64,000 bases of DNA from Cyanobacteria bacterium P01_A01_bin.123 (lineage in GTDB: Bacteria > Cyanobacteriota > Cyanobacteriia > Phormidesmidales > Phormidesmidaceae), in NCBI GenBank assembly GCA_039815185.1, contig JBCBZT010000014.1:1-64000 (forward strand), in the 5' to 3' direction. Under the pieces are notes generated by a model, which made no database searches, was not told where the DNA came from, and saw nothing but the letters and a program-made list of their open reading frames with translations. The first letter of the stretch is position 1; the number at the start of each line of letters is the position of its first letter. The translations under genes and the position numbers were made by a program. Below, piece by piece: positions 1 to 11,256 of this stretch.

Positions 1-598
1 CACTCATTAAGCGGGCCATCCGATTGCGATTGTGGAAGTGCTGATCGACGATAATGCTGGGTAAAATCCCCAGTCCTGTAGCCATGTCGACCAAGGAGCG
101 GTTTGGCGATTCACCGCTCCCCCCCCCTGCGATCATGTGATGTCCCATCACTGCCGCGCCAGCACTGGTGCCTGCCAGAGTAATTTCGCCCAGTTGAGCC
201 TTTAGGCGGATTTGTTCGATCAGCGGCGTATCGGCTAACAAGCCGCATAACCGCACTTGATCGCCACCCGTCATAAACACCCCTGTGCAGCCGTTCAAGA
301 CATCTTTCCAAACGGTATCTTCGCTTTGCAGGCGATCGCGAATATCGATCGCCTGAATTGAACGGGCACCCATCCCTTCAAAAATAAGCCGATAGCGTTC
401 GGAGATAGCAGCAGGTTCCCGTGAAGCACAGGGAATAACCGCAATTTGAGCTTCTTGCCCACCGGAACGCTCAACAAAGGCGTGGAGTATTTCTCGTCCG
501 TGAATTTTGTCTTCAGCGCCGCCAATAACTAAGACAGCGGTATGTGTCAGGGGAGGCATCCTCTGCTCAAACGATAAAGATTCTAGTTGCTGCATCAT
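1..598 (-). CDS. cphB: cyanophycinase (3' end runs off the window)
   Basis: Not in the ORF track. Manual translation from ATG at 598 gives MMQQLES...AVLVIGGAEDKIHGREIL...LAGTSAGAAVMGHHMIAGGGSGESPNRSLVDMATGLGILPSIIVDQHFHNRNRMARLMS, with the GTSAG serine motif of CphB. Confidence 0.93.
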   Translation of the reverse strand, partial: MMQQLESLSFEQRMPPLTHTAVLVIGGAEDKIHGREILHAFVERSGGQEAQIAVIPCASREPAAISERYRLIFEGMGARSIQAIDIRDRLQSEDTVWKDVLNGCTGVFMTGGDQVRLCGLLADTPLIEQIRLKAQLGEITLAGTSAGAAVMGHHMIAGGGSGESPNRSLVDMATGLGILPSIIVDQHFHNRNRMARLMS

Positions 599-832
599 AG
601 ATGATCGAAGGGATATGTCAAAAGCCCTAACAGGACGCCCAATTTCTGGGTGGAATTGCTTCTATCGAATCATCCCCCCGAATCATCCTCATAGTATGGG
701 TCATTCAGAATTATTTCAGAACTTCGCGCCAACATCCCATTAAAAATATCGACCGTCCTGGCACAATCGTTTAGGGCGTGTTGATTGGCTGAGGTCAATC
801 AACGGCGCGGATAACGCAGAAGGTAAATCATT

Positions 833-1570
833 GTGAATCCAATCAGCTCTGCCCAGTCCAGGTTGCGGTTTGACATCATCAGTTTGTTCCCTGACTTTTT
901 TGAATCGCCCTTAGCCTCTGGTCTCTTGGGTAAAGCCTTAGAAAAGGGAATTGCAGAGGTCGTGGTCACTAATCCCCGAGACTTTACAACGGATAAACAT
1001 CATAAGGTCGATGATGAACCCTATGGGGGCGGGGTGGGGATGGTCCTCAAGCCTGATCCCATTTTTGCTGCGGTCGAATCTTTGCCCCAACGTCCGCGCC
1101 GTGAGGTAATTCTGACCACGCCCCAAGGGGAAGTGATGGATCAATCCCTATTTCGCCAACTGGCTGTCGATTGTGACCAAATTGTTGTGATTTGTGGTCA
1201 CTATGAAGGCGTTGATGAGCGGGTATCACATCTGGTTACTCGAGAGATATCCCTGGGGGATTTTGTGTTGACCTGTGGGGAAATTCCAGCTCTAACACTG
1301 GTTAATGGCGTAATTCGGTTGCGACCCGGCACGGTGGGTAAGGCTGAATCTCTCAAGCTAGAGAGTTTTGAAACAACCCTTTTAGATTTCCCCCATTACA
1401 CCCGTCCACCTGTGTTTCGAGGGTGGGCTGTACCTGAGGTGCTACGTTCGGGTAACCACGCTGCGATCGCAGACTGGCGGCGATCGCAGCAGATTAGACG
1501 CACCCAACACCGTCGCCCCGATCTGTATCAACGGTGGTTAGAACAACAACAGTTAGATCCTCCGGAATAA
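833..1570 (+). CDS. trmD: tRNA (guanine-N1)-methyltransferase
   Basis: Motifs VDDEPYGGGVGM, CGHYEGVDER, SLGDFVLTCGE, VPEVLRSGNHA. Confidence 0.97.
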   Translation: MNPISSAQSRLRFDIISLFPDFFESPLASGLLGKALEKGIAEVVVTNPRDFTTDKHHKVDDEPYGGGVGMVLKPDPIFAAVESLPQRPRREVILTTPQGEVMDQSLFRQLAVDCDQIVVICGHYEGVDERVSHLVTREISLGDFVLTCGEIPALTLVNGVIRLRPGTVGKAESLKLESFETTLLDFPHYTRPPVFRGWAVPEVLRSGNHAAIADWRRSQQIRRTQHRRPDLYQRWLEQQQLDPPE

Positions 1571-1612
1571 GGCCGATCACCCCATCGAACATTTTTGATT
1601 TGGAGTAACCCC

Positions 1613-2098
1613 ATGACTGCTATGCGTATTGGCAATGGCTACGATATTCATCGTTTGGTGGCCGATCGTCCTTTGATTCTTGGCGGTATTACGATCCCTC
1701 ATCATCGGGGGCTGTTAGGGCATAGTGACGCTGATGCCCTAACCCACGCCATTATGGACGCTATGTTGGGTGCACTGAGCCTTGGAGATATTGGCCTATA
1801 TTTTCCGCCCGATGACCCCCAATGGGCTGGAGCCAACAGCCTACAACTGCTGATTCAGGTCAATCAGCTGATTCAGCAGAAGGGGTGGCAGGTGAGCAAC
1901 GTAGACAGCGTAATCGTAGCTGAACGCCCCAAGCTTAAACCTCATATCCAGGCTATCCGCCAGTCATTAACACAAGCGCTTGAACTTCAACCCGACTGTA
2001 TCGGCGTCAAAGCCACAACCAATGAGAAACTAGGCCCCACAGGACGAGAGGAGGGGATTGCTGTCTATACCGTGGCACTCCTCAGTCAAAGAGACTGA
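1613..2098 (+). CDS. ispF: 2-C-methyl-D-erythritol 2,4-cyclodiphosphate synthase
   Basis: [35 protein letters not shown] at 1613 preferred. Confidence 0.96.
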   Translation: MTAMRIGNGYDIHRLVADRPLILGGITIPHHRGLLGHSDADALTHAIMDAMLGALSLGDIGLYFPPDDPQWAGANSLQLLIQVNQLIQQKGWQVSNVDSVIVAERPKLKPHIQAIRQSLTQALELQPDCIGVKATTNEKLGPTGREEGIAVYTVALLSQRD

Positions 2099-2544
2099 CC
2101 GCATTCAAGTGAGTTCCGATCATCACAAATCTCATCTTCTAACTCCGGCCGACTGGAATCCGCAGGATTAGTCTGGTAGACCAAACTGGATCGGTCAGTT
2201 AGGACATCAAAATCCTGCCTGTTATTGCAGACCTTACTTACAAAACTTCATGAAGAAATGGATCTGAACTCACGCTGTTTTCCGTAATTTTGCTAACAGC
2301 GGAACAAAAAAATCTGGTTTACGTTCACATAAATACGTAGTTAAATAAATTAGATTCGCGATCCTTTTGCAAAATCTTTACGGTTTTTGCGTGTTTACAC
2401 AAAGCTCGTGTAAAATTAAAGACAAAGATATTTTGGTTCGCGTCAGTAGGTTTATCCCAAGGGTGGCCTTTGAGTTTATTGATTTTCATGGTTTAGGGTT
2501 TGTGGCATTGATTGAAGAGCAGAGTGGTTAAAAGGAGATTGCTC

Positions 2545-2898
2545 ATGGGTGCTTTTGGAGAGACTGTCTTAACCGCGAACAAAGGGTTTCAGGGTGTGCA
2601 ACTCGTATCGGTAGGGTTGGCAGATGTCAATCCTTGCTTTAGGACAATTCCGTCAGAGCGGGTTGGGTTGAATGGTGAATATGATCATGGGGGTCTGGCT
2701 AAGCGAGTTTCCCACCGCTACAGGCAGGCATTAGGCATAGAGGTGATTTCAAGCCTGTCTATCCTTCAACGAGGACGGGTTGTGATTCTTCATGGCAGGG
2801 TTGCAAGTCGAGAACTGTTGAATCAGCTTGTACAGCTTGCGATGCAGGAAAATGGTGCTGACTATGTCGAACTTCGTGGCGTTGTGATTGCTCAGTAG
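2545..2898 (+). CDS. cyanobacterial BON-like (phospholipid-binding) protein
   Basis: ERVGLNGEYDHGGLAKRV followed by a BON-like segment VVILHGRVASRELL; AGGAG RBS upstream of ATG 2545. Confidence 0.6.
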   Translation: MGAFGETVLTANKGFQGVQLVSVGLADVNPCFRTIPSERVGLNGEYDHGGLAKRVSHRYRQALGIEVISSLSILQRGRVVILHGRVASRELLNQLVQLAMQENGADYVELRGVVIAQ

Positions 2899-3009
2899 TT
2901 CAGTGGATGAGTAACATTTTACTCAATGCCCCTGTATTGACAATGATGGGTTGTCTGTATTTCCCGATCCGCTGAGTTTGAGGACAAGGGGTTCAGCCCC
3001 TCGCTTCTG

Positions 3010-3933
3010 TTAGAGCGCTGTCGGATTTGTATCAGACGATTGTGTCAACACCAGACGGATGAGCGATAGGGTTAAGATGACCAGAAAAAGCCCTAGGCCA
3101 ACGGTACAAGCGTAGCTGATTTCAAGGGCTTGAAAGGCTTGCTCATAAACGTAGTAGACAACTGTTTTAGAGCTATTCAGCGGGCCACCCTGGGTCATGA
3201 TGTAGACTTCTTCAAAGACTTTGGTCGCTGCGATCGCAGAAATCACCGCAACCAAAAAGATATAGGGGCGCATCAAGGGAATAGTGATATCCCAGTGGCG
3301 TTTCCAACCGTCTGAACCGTCAATGGCAGCGGCCTCATATAAATCTGCTGGAATAGCTTGCAGACCTGCCAGATAAATCACCATGTAGTAGCCCAGTCCC
3401 TTCCAGATTGTCACCACCATGACACTGGGCAAAGCCAAGTAAGGGCTTGTGAGCCAAGGGATTCCCGATTCGATCAGTCCGATGCCCTGTAATAGCTGAT
3501 TGAACAACCCCGTCTCGGCATAGAGCCAGCGCCAGGCGATCCCTGCCACCACCATGGAAATCACCACAGGCGTGTAGTAAGCCACCCTAAACCAGCGAAT
3601 CCCCCGCAGTGTTTGATTGACTAAGATCGCAAGCAGTAAAGACGCGATCGCCAATATGGGTACAACTCCCACGAGATAAATCACCGTATTCTTAAGGGTT
3701 GTCCAAAAAACTGGGTCTCGAGCCAAGGTACGAAAATTCTCAAACCAGATCCATTCCGGGGGTTGGTTAATGTCGTAGCCGTAGGTCGTAAAGCTCAAAT
3801 AAAACGCCTGGAGTGCTGGCCAAAAGACCGTTAACCCCAGCACAATCAGTGCAGGCGCAAGAAACAAGTAAGGCGTCATCCAAGCCCTCAATCGGAGCCT
3901 GGACCAGGGAAATTGTTGGCGTGCTTTAACCAT
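3010..3933 (-). CDS. carbohydrate ABC transporter permease
   Basis: EAA loop LYEAAAIDG, multiple TM helices, MTQGGP motif. Confidence 0.92.
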   Translation of the reverse strand: MVKARQQFPWSRLRLRAWMTPYLFLAPALIVLGLTVFWPALQAFYLSFTTYGYDINQPPEWIWFENFRTLARDPVFWTTLKNTVIYLVGVVPILAIASLLLAILVNQTLRGIRWFRVAYYTPVVISMVVAGIAWRWLYAETGLFNQLLQGIGLIESGIPWLTSPYLALPSVMVVTIWKGLGYYMVIYLAGLQAIPADLYEAAAIDGSDGWKRHWDITIPLMRPYIFLVAVISAIAATKVFEEVYIMTQGGPLNSSKTVVYYVYEQAFQALEISYACTVGLGLFLVILTLSLIRLVLTQSSDTNPTAL

Positions 3934-4202
3934 TACCTGTTGCTAAGAATCCACAGCAACTCACTGGATTGCGATCGCCATTAATGTTCCATCTGTCAGA
4001 ACGGTAAGACAAGGTCACTTTTAGTCGAAAGCAATTCATTTGTACTATCTTGTTTGATATAATTGAAGCGATCGCAGTTAGTTTCATTACCGCTAACCTC
4101 CTGCAAAAGAAAGATTGGCAATCGCTTGTAGCCCAGAGATTATGTCCTCAATGATTTGAGGATTATCTATTTTATGTCCAAATTCACTTGGAGCATATTC
4201 CC

Positions 4203-4616
4203 ATGACTAATCCCTTTTCACAGCACGGTGCCTTTAGTTGGTTTGAACTGATGACCACGGCGCACGATGACGCCAAAGCGTTTTATCGTGAAATGTTTGG
4301 TTGGGAACTCGATGACCAACCTATGCCAACCATGCCTGATACACCTTACACAGTCGTCAAAGTGGCTGAGCAAGAAGCTGCTGGAATCATGCCTCTGCTA
4401 CCCAATATGCAAGGTGTTCCTCCCCATTGGACCCTCTACATTACGGTCAACGATGTCGATGCTTCAGCTAAACAAGTAGAAACGTTGGGCGGCAAGGTAC
4501 TCATGACTCCCACAGACATCCCGGATGTGGGGCGATTTGCGGTGATTCAAGATCCCCAAGGGGCAACTTTGAATATCATGACTTACCAGATGCCTGCAGC
4601 CAGTGGAGATATTTGA
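4203..4616 (+). CDS. VOC family (glyoxalase/bleomycin resistance) protein
   Basis: FSWFELMT...AKAFYREMFGW...VNDVDA...GRFAVIQDPQGA. Confidence 0.88.
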   Translation: MTNPFSQHGAFSWFELMTTAHDDAKAFYREMFGWELDDQPMPTMPDTPYTVVKVAEQEAAGIMPLLPNMQGVPPHWTLYITVNDVDASAKQVETLGGKVLMTPTDIPDVGRFAVIQDPQGATLNIMTYQMPAASGDI

Positions 4617-4651
4617 TCCTCCTCCCTAGACTGACCTGAAACACTGTGGTT

Positions 4652-4695
4652 AAACAATAAAAGCCAGGGCAATCACGCCCTGGCTTTATTGTTTT
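4652..4695. terminator. bidirectional rho-independent terminator
   Basis: AAACAATAAAAGCCAGGGC-aatcac-GCCCTGGCTTTATTGTTTT between convergent VOC and rplY genes. Confidence 0.85.
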
Positions 4696-4732
4696 GGGCA
4701 AAGCTGACCCGATAGTACAGGCCCTCGGCGGC

Positions 4733-5353
4733 TTATTCGCTGGCCGCGACTTCTCCGGAAGCTAAGCCTGCGTCTCCCTCAACCGAATCACTAGTTGTTC
4801 GAGTAGACGCTACCATGACAACCACCTTGCTATCGTCAGCAACGGCTTCAACCCCTTCAGGCAGAACCAACTCGCCAATCTGGAGGGATTCACCCACGCC
4901 TAGGTCAGACACATTAACATCAATCACCTCAGGAATATCTCCTGGCGGGCACTTGATAGCTAGATCCGTGATCATGGTGTCGAGGACACCGCCATCATCC
5001 TTAACGCCTTTGGCAATGCCTGTATAGTTGAGTGATACCACCACCTCAACAGAATCTTGGGAAGCAATGGAGAAAAAGCTCAGGTGGTATAGAACGCCTT
5101 TCCAGGGGTGGGACTGGACTTCTCGAATCAGTGCCTTGCCCTTCCACGGCATATCAGGCACATTCACACTCACTAGAGTGTTATTAATCGCCGCATCACG
5201 GACTAAGAACTCCGCCTCGCGGGTGTTTACAGTCAACGCCACAGACTCTGCACCCTGATGGCCGTACAACACGGCTGGCAACCGACCTTCACGCCGGATT
5301 GCCTTGGGTTTTTGTTTGGGATCTCGCTTGTTACAGGTAATTGACAGTTCCAT
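4733..5353 (-). CDS. rplY: 50S ribosomal protein L25 / Ctc
   Basis: RREGRLPAVLYG, REVQSHPWKG..HLSF, GVKDDGGVLD. Confidence 0.95.
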   Translation of the reverse strand: MELSITCNKRDPKQKPKAIRREGRLPAVLYGHQGAESVALTVNTREAEFLVRDAAINNTLVSVNVPDMPWKGKALIREVQSHPWKGVLYHLSFFSIASQDSVEVVVSLNYTGIAKGVKDDGGVLDTMITDLAIKCPPGDIPEVIDVNVSDLGVGESLQIGELVLPEGVEAVADDSKVVVMVASTRTTSDSVEGDAGLASGEVAASE

Positions 5354-5455
5354 AAGAGTTACTCAGCAGTTTCAGAAGGCGGATAAAGGAAAAACGCAGT
5401 GCTTAGCATGAGAGAAATTCAGCAACCCAGTAGCCCGAGTTGTTTTGAAACTCAT

Positions 5456-6841
<1,386 letters not shown>

Positions 6842-6972
6842 CTAACTGTGTCAACCGATTAATTAACAAACCCCTAGACATTCTCACGGAAATTACGCTA
6901 GAACAGCTTAACAACTCTTTATGCCTTCTTAAACTGGCAAAGCTATCATCACTTATAAAAGAGGACATTTCT

Positions 6973-8022
6973 ATGAGCTTGTATGCAGAGCTTCATCGTC
7001 ATCTGGGGGGCTCCGTAGTTCCAAGGGTGCTGTGGCGTTACTTTCAGCGAAATCGCCCGGATATCTCGGATGAGTTTGATACTTACGCTGCCTTTGAAGA
7101 CTTCTACACGCGCCCGCGCAACACGCTGGCAGAATATTTGGAATTGCACACTTTGGTAGAGAGTGTACAAACCCAAGAAGCGCTACCTTACTTCATTTAT
7201 CGCTTGATTCGTGGCGCCTACATTTTTGAGAATTTAGCCTATCTAGAACTGCGTTACACCCCCTACTTGAGAACGCCGGAACATTTGTCTCAGTCTGAAC
7301 GCATTGATAAGATGACTGAAATCATTGAGGTGGTGGGTCGTGCCAGTCAGCAGACTGAGTATCCTATCGTGACGCGGCAAATTTTGTGTATGCACTCGCG
7401 CTTGCCCTATGCGGTCAACCGAGCCATTGTCGATCTGGCGGCGCAGTATCCTGACTTTGTTTGCGCCATTGATATTGCTGGCGGCGATGCTCACTATGGT
7501 GAACGGCTGGATGAAATTGTGGGGCTTTATCGCTACGCCCGGGAAAAAGGCATTAATACAACCGGGCATGTTTACGAGACCGTTGATGGTTGTTATCCTG
7601 AGCTGCTGCCCTATTTGATGCGGATTGGCCACGGTATTCAAATCCCACTGCAGCATCCGGAGTTGCTAAGGGAAGTGGCGGCTCGGGGGCAATGCCTAGA
7701 AGTCTGCCCAACGACTTATTTGAAAACGGGAACGTTGCAGGAGATTTATCAGCTTAAGGCGGTTTTCGAACGCTGCCTGGATGAAGGGGTTGATATTGCC
7801 ATCTGTACGGACAATGCAGGGTTGCATAACGTCCGGTTGCCTTTTGAATATGAAAATCTGCTGACCCAGGATGTCATCGGTTTTAATGAGCTGCGAGCTT
7901 GCCAAGCCGCCGCTTTTCGCCACGCGTTTGCTTGGCCCCACACGGATCAACCGTCTTCCTTGTTGACAGATATGCTCAAGATCCAAATGAACGATTTGAA
8001 ATTGACGGAGAACCCGCGGTAG
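6973..8022 (+). CDS. adenosine deaminase family protein
   Basis: AELHRHLGGS, GHVYE, RIGHG, LEVCPT, ICTDN metal motifs. Confidence 0.9.
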   Translation: MSLYAELHRHLGGSVVPRVLWRYFQRNRPDISDEFDTYAAFEDFYTRPRNTLAEYLELHTLVESVQTQEALPYFIYRLIRGAYIFENLAYLELRYTPYLRTPEHLSQSERIDKMTEIIEVVGRASQQTEYPIVTRQILCMHSRLPYAVNRAIVDLAAQYPDFVCAIDIAGGDAHYGERLDEIVGLYRYAREKGINTTGHVYETVDGCYPELLPYLMRIGHGIQIPLQHPELLREVAARGQCLEVCPTTYLKTGTLQEIYQLKAVFERCLDEGVDIAICTDNAGLHNVRLPFEYENLLTQDVIGFNELRACQAAAFRHAFAWPHTDQPSSLLTDMLKIQMNDLKLTENPR

Positions 8023-8120
8023 GCGCAGACTTGCCAACACCGTTCCGCTGGCGTGGGCTGAAGCGTTCGGAAGCGGTTCATCTCTAGTCTGGGTGCAGAT
8101 TCTTAAGCGTTGGATGTGAT

Positions 8121-9842
8121 TTATTGCTTGGGGCGGATGCTGCGATAGCGATCGCGTCGGATGCCCCCTAATACTGCACGGATGGATTGGGGAGATTCGC
8201 CCAGGGTGTTGAGTAGGTGAGATCCCAGTTCTAGCGCAGCCTCAAATTCAGGTTGCACTACTTCTCGGGCGCCTAACTGGGTGAGTATGTCAATTTCTTG
8301 GTTAGTGTGGGATCGAGCGATAATGTCTAACCCAGGCGATCGCGCTAGCGCCCGCTGTAATAACAACCGGGTACTGGTGGGATCAGGTAAGGCGATCGCT
8401 AAGGCTTTGGCCGTTTCTAGGTGGGTTTTTTCGAGCACCAACTCAGCATCGGCATCGCCAAAGACAAAGGGAATCGCATGACTCCTGAGACGCTGTATAG
8501 CCGCCTCACTATTTTCTACAACCAGCACTGGATGGCCCAGGTTTTGCAAAATATTGACCAGCACCTGCCCCACTCGACCATAGCCTGCCACAATGACGTG
8601 ATCCCGTAAAGTGTCTGGCACGAAGAGCAGCTTGGGAGATTCAAACCGCTCGATATATCGGGTGATTAAGGTGATTTTGCTGACGCGATCGGCCCAACGG
8701 GGGGCGACTTTAATCAGCAGGGGGGTGATCAGCAGGGTAATGGCGGTGGTGCCGAGTAATAGAGAATAGCGGCGATCGCCGATCAGCCCGATCTCATAGC
8801 CTACCAGGGCTAGCACAAATGAGAATTCACCGATTTGATTGAGGCCCAGGCTCGTCAGAATGGCTGTTTTGAGAGAGTAACCAAAGCGTAATACGATTGG
8901 CAAAATAATGATTGCTTTGCCCACCATCACTAAGGCGACTAATCCCAAAATCGGCCCGAAGTCTCGCAGCAATACTTGGGGATCAATCAACATACCGATA
9001 GATGCGAAGAACAGACAGGCAAAGGTGTCACGTAGGGGTAATACTTTTGCCAAAGCTTGGTCAGCATAATCGATTTCTGCAATCATTAACCCAGCCACAA
9101 ACGCGCCCATCTCAATGGAAAGTCCCAAGGCGGAGGTGAGCCAGGCAACTCCAAGGCATAAGGCGATCACGACCAGTAAAAACAGTTCGTTATTTTCGGT
9201 AGCGGCTATGGACTGAATGACTCGAGGGACTATCCAACGGCCAGCGATGATCGCCCCTACTAAAAACCCCCCCACCTTTAACAGAGCTAGTCCCAGGGTT
9301 GACCACAGCTGACCACTTTGGGTGAGGGCAGGCAAAAAGGCTAGCATCAGACCCAGAGCAAGATCCTGAGCAATTAACAACGCCAACATGATTTGCCCAT
9401 GTGCCGTATTGGTTTCACCTCGGTCCGTGAGGGTTTTGAGCACCACCGCAGTGGACGATAACGACAGTTCCAATCCCAAAAAGATTCCTTGTACTGGCGA
9501 GGCTGCCCAACCCACCAGGGTGCTAATCAATGCCACTAGCCCTGTCGTCAAGCCAATTTGCAGCAGACTCCCCTGGATCGCAATATTTCTCACTCGCTTG
9601 AGTTCTGCCAAGGAAAACTCTACGCCCAGGGCAAACAGCAAAAACGCCACACCAATTTCGGCTAAGCCCTGAATTTGCGCTACGTCTTGCAATAGCTTGA
9701 GGCCATAAGGCCCAACGATTAAGCCGCTGGCTAAATAGCCGAGTAATGCGGGTTGCCCTAGGCGGTGAGAGGTATAGCCTCCTAGAGCAGATGCCCCCAG
9801 AGCAAGCGTGACGTCGAGAATGAACTGATTTTCAGCAGACAT
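8121..9842 (-). CDS. cation:proton antiporter (CPA2/Kef type) with C-terminal TrkA-N domain
   Basis: Many TM helices, LSLSSTAVVLK, HVIVAGYGRVG Rossmann motif. Confidence 0.9.
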   Translation of the reverse strand: MSAENQFILDVTLALGASALGGYTSHRLGQPALLGYLASGLIVGPYGLKLLQDVAQIQGLAEIGVAFLLFALGVEFSLAELKRVRNIAIQGSLLQIGLTTGLVALISTLVGWAASPVQGIFLGLELSLSSTAVVLKTLTDRGETNTAHGQIMLALLIAQDLALGLMLAFLPALTQSGQLWSTLGLALLKVGGFLVGAIIAGRWIVPRVIQSIAATENNELFLLVVIALCLGVAWLTSALGLSIEMGAFVAGLMIAEIDYADQALAKVLPLRDTFACLFFASIGMLIDPQVLLRDFGPILGLVALVMVGKAIIILPIVLRFGYSLKTAILTSLGLNQIGEFSFVLALVGYEIGLIGDRRYSLLLGTTAITLLITPLLIKVAPRWADRVSKITLITRYIERFESPKLLFVPDTLRDHVIVAGYGRVGQVLVNILQNLGHPVLVVENSEAAIQRLRSHAIPFVFGDADAELVLEKTHLETAKALAIALPDPTSTRLLLQRALARSPGLDIIARSHTNQEIDILTQLGAREVVQPEFEAALELGSHLLNTLGESPQSIRAVLGGIRRDRYRSIRPKQ

Positions 9843-9970
9843 AAACCACAGTGCAAAGAGAGGACTGAAATCAACGGGCAGTCGTCATTGGTTTTACATC
9901 GGGGCTAGCCTGAGAGGATAGCTCGAAGGTAACAACTTTAGAATTCCAGGGAGATGTTACCCGACTCGAT

Positions 9971-10085
9971 CGGTTAATTCTGATTGATCAATCCAATCTC
10001 GGTTAATTCTGATTGATCAATCCAATCTCGGTTAATTCTGATTGATCAATCCAATCTCGGTTAATTCTGATTGGTCAATCCAATC
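9971..10085. repeat. 29-bp tandem repeat, 4 copies
   Basis: Unit CGGTTAATTCTGATTGATCAATCCAATCT at 9971, 10000, 10029 and 10058 (last copy slightly variant). Confidence 0.95.
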
Positions 10086-11129
10086 AAGGACTCGATTCCA
10101 AGCCCACCACGGGTCGCGATCGCCCACCTGTTGCTGCCCCTGATCACTACTGAGATAGCCCACATGACCACCATGGTGGGTTAATACGAGGTCTATGACC
10201 GGATTCTCGGCGCACAGTTTCTGCAATTCAGGAATAATTGTTGGATCAAACAGCGGATCGTCTTGGGCATAGAGAATTAATGTTTTTTTCTGTAAGTTGG
10301 GGAGAATTGGCAATGCACTGCTGGCGTTGTAGTAATCCTCTACCGACTCAAACCCCAATCTGGGAATCACGAGCTCATGGTCAAATCCCCAGATACTATT
10401 GGCCCGCGCGATCGCGGCCGGATCAATATCGTCAGGATGATAGCCACGCAGTTGCTGGGCTAAGCGTTTGAGTTCTGCCGCGATCGCCTTTTCCACATAC
10501 TTGCCCACGGGATGAGCCATGAGATATTGCAGGGATCGATTGGAGTCTAAACTGGGACATACCACCGCTCCCCCAGCAATGTCATCCTCTTCCAGATTAA
10601 CTGCGTCATCAAGCGTCTGGGCGGATTTAATTCCCCAGAGTGCCAACTGCCCCCCCAAAGAATAGCCCACCACCCAAAACGGTGCCGGATAACCCATGGC
10701 TTTGGCCTGAGCCGCAATCCGGACGAAGTCTTCCCCTTCATAAAGGCCATCGGAGGTCAGCGTCGGAGACAGGGTCGCCGTTTTGCCATGGGCCCGCCAG
10801 TCAAACAGCACTACAGCATAATGTCGCGCGATCGCTTTGCGACCCAGGATCTTCAGAAACCATTGGTTATCTAAATTCCCCGTAATCCCATAGGTGCCAA
10901 TAATGGTGCCCTTACAGGCGGCTTCAGGTTTGGCCAAAATGCCGTAAATCGGCACATCACTTGCCCCTGTGAAAACCTGTTCTTCGTAAGTCGGTTCTGG
11001 GTCAACCGTCTGCGATCGCCAGGTGCGATTTGCCACCCAGGCAAAATAGAGGGTCATGGCAAACCCATTGCGCAAAAACCAAGGCGCGACGTAAGGCGGA
11101 GCAGTGTAGGTGGGCATAACCTCTGGCAA
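10032..11129 (-). CDS. YheT family alpha/beta hydrolase
   Basis: GYSLGG nucleophile motif, AQDDPL, GGHVGY. Confidence 0.88.
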   Translation of the reverse strand: MPEVMPTYTAPPYVAPWFLRNGFAMTLYFAWVANRTWRSQTVDPEPTYEEQVFTGASDVPIYGILAKPEAACKGTIIGTYGITGNLDNQWFLKILGRKAIARHYAVVLFDWRAHGKTATLSPTLTSDGLYEGEDFVRIAAQAKAMGYPAPFWVVGYSLGGQLALWGIKSAQTLDDAVNLEEDDIAGGAVVCPSLDSNRSLQYLMAHPVGKYVEKAIAAELKRLAQQLRGYHPDDIDPAAIARANSIWGFDHELVIPRLGFESVEDYYNASSALPILPNLQKKTLILYAQDDPLFDPTIIPELQKLCAENPVIDLVLTHHGGHVGYLSSDQGQQQVGDRDPWWAWNRVLDWIDQSELTEIGLINQN

Positions 11130-11256
11130 TAGAGTCTGACTTCTTTACTGTAAGCAATCTTGAGCGATGGGGCAGCGGCAGTGGGGGAGTGATGGGGTTA
11201 GGCATCCCCACCCCATCACCCACTAAACTAGAATCAAACCACCCCATCCCCACGCC

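Noticed and set aside
111..525. Track ORFs 111-311 and 295-525
   Set aside because: Alternative-frame shadows of cphB (1-598, minus strand).
9971..10085. Possible CRISPR array (29-bp repeats)
   Set aside because: Repeats are contiguous with no spacers and no cas genes; the same applies to 42778-42854.
11165..11255. G-rich/C-rich inverted repeat upstream of glcD
   Set aside because: Low-complexity repeat of a kind common in such genomes; cannot be supported as a riboswitch or ncRNA.
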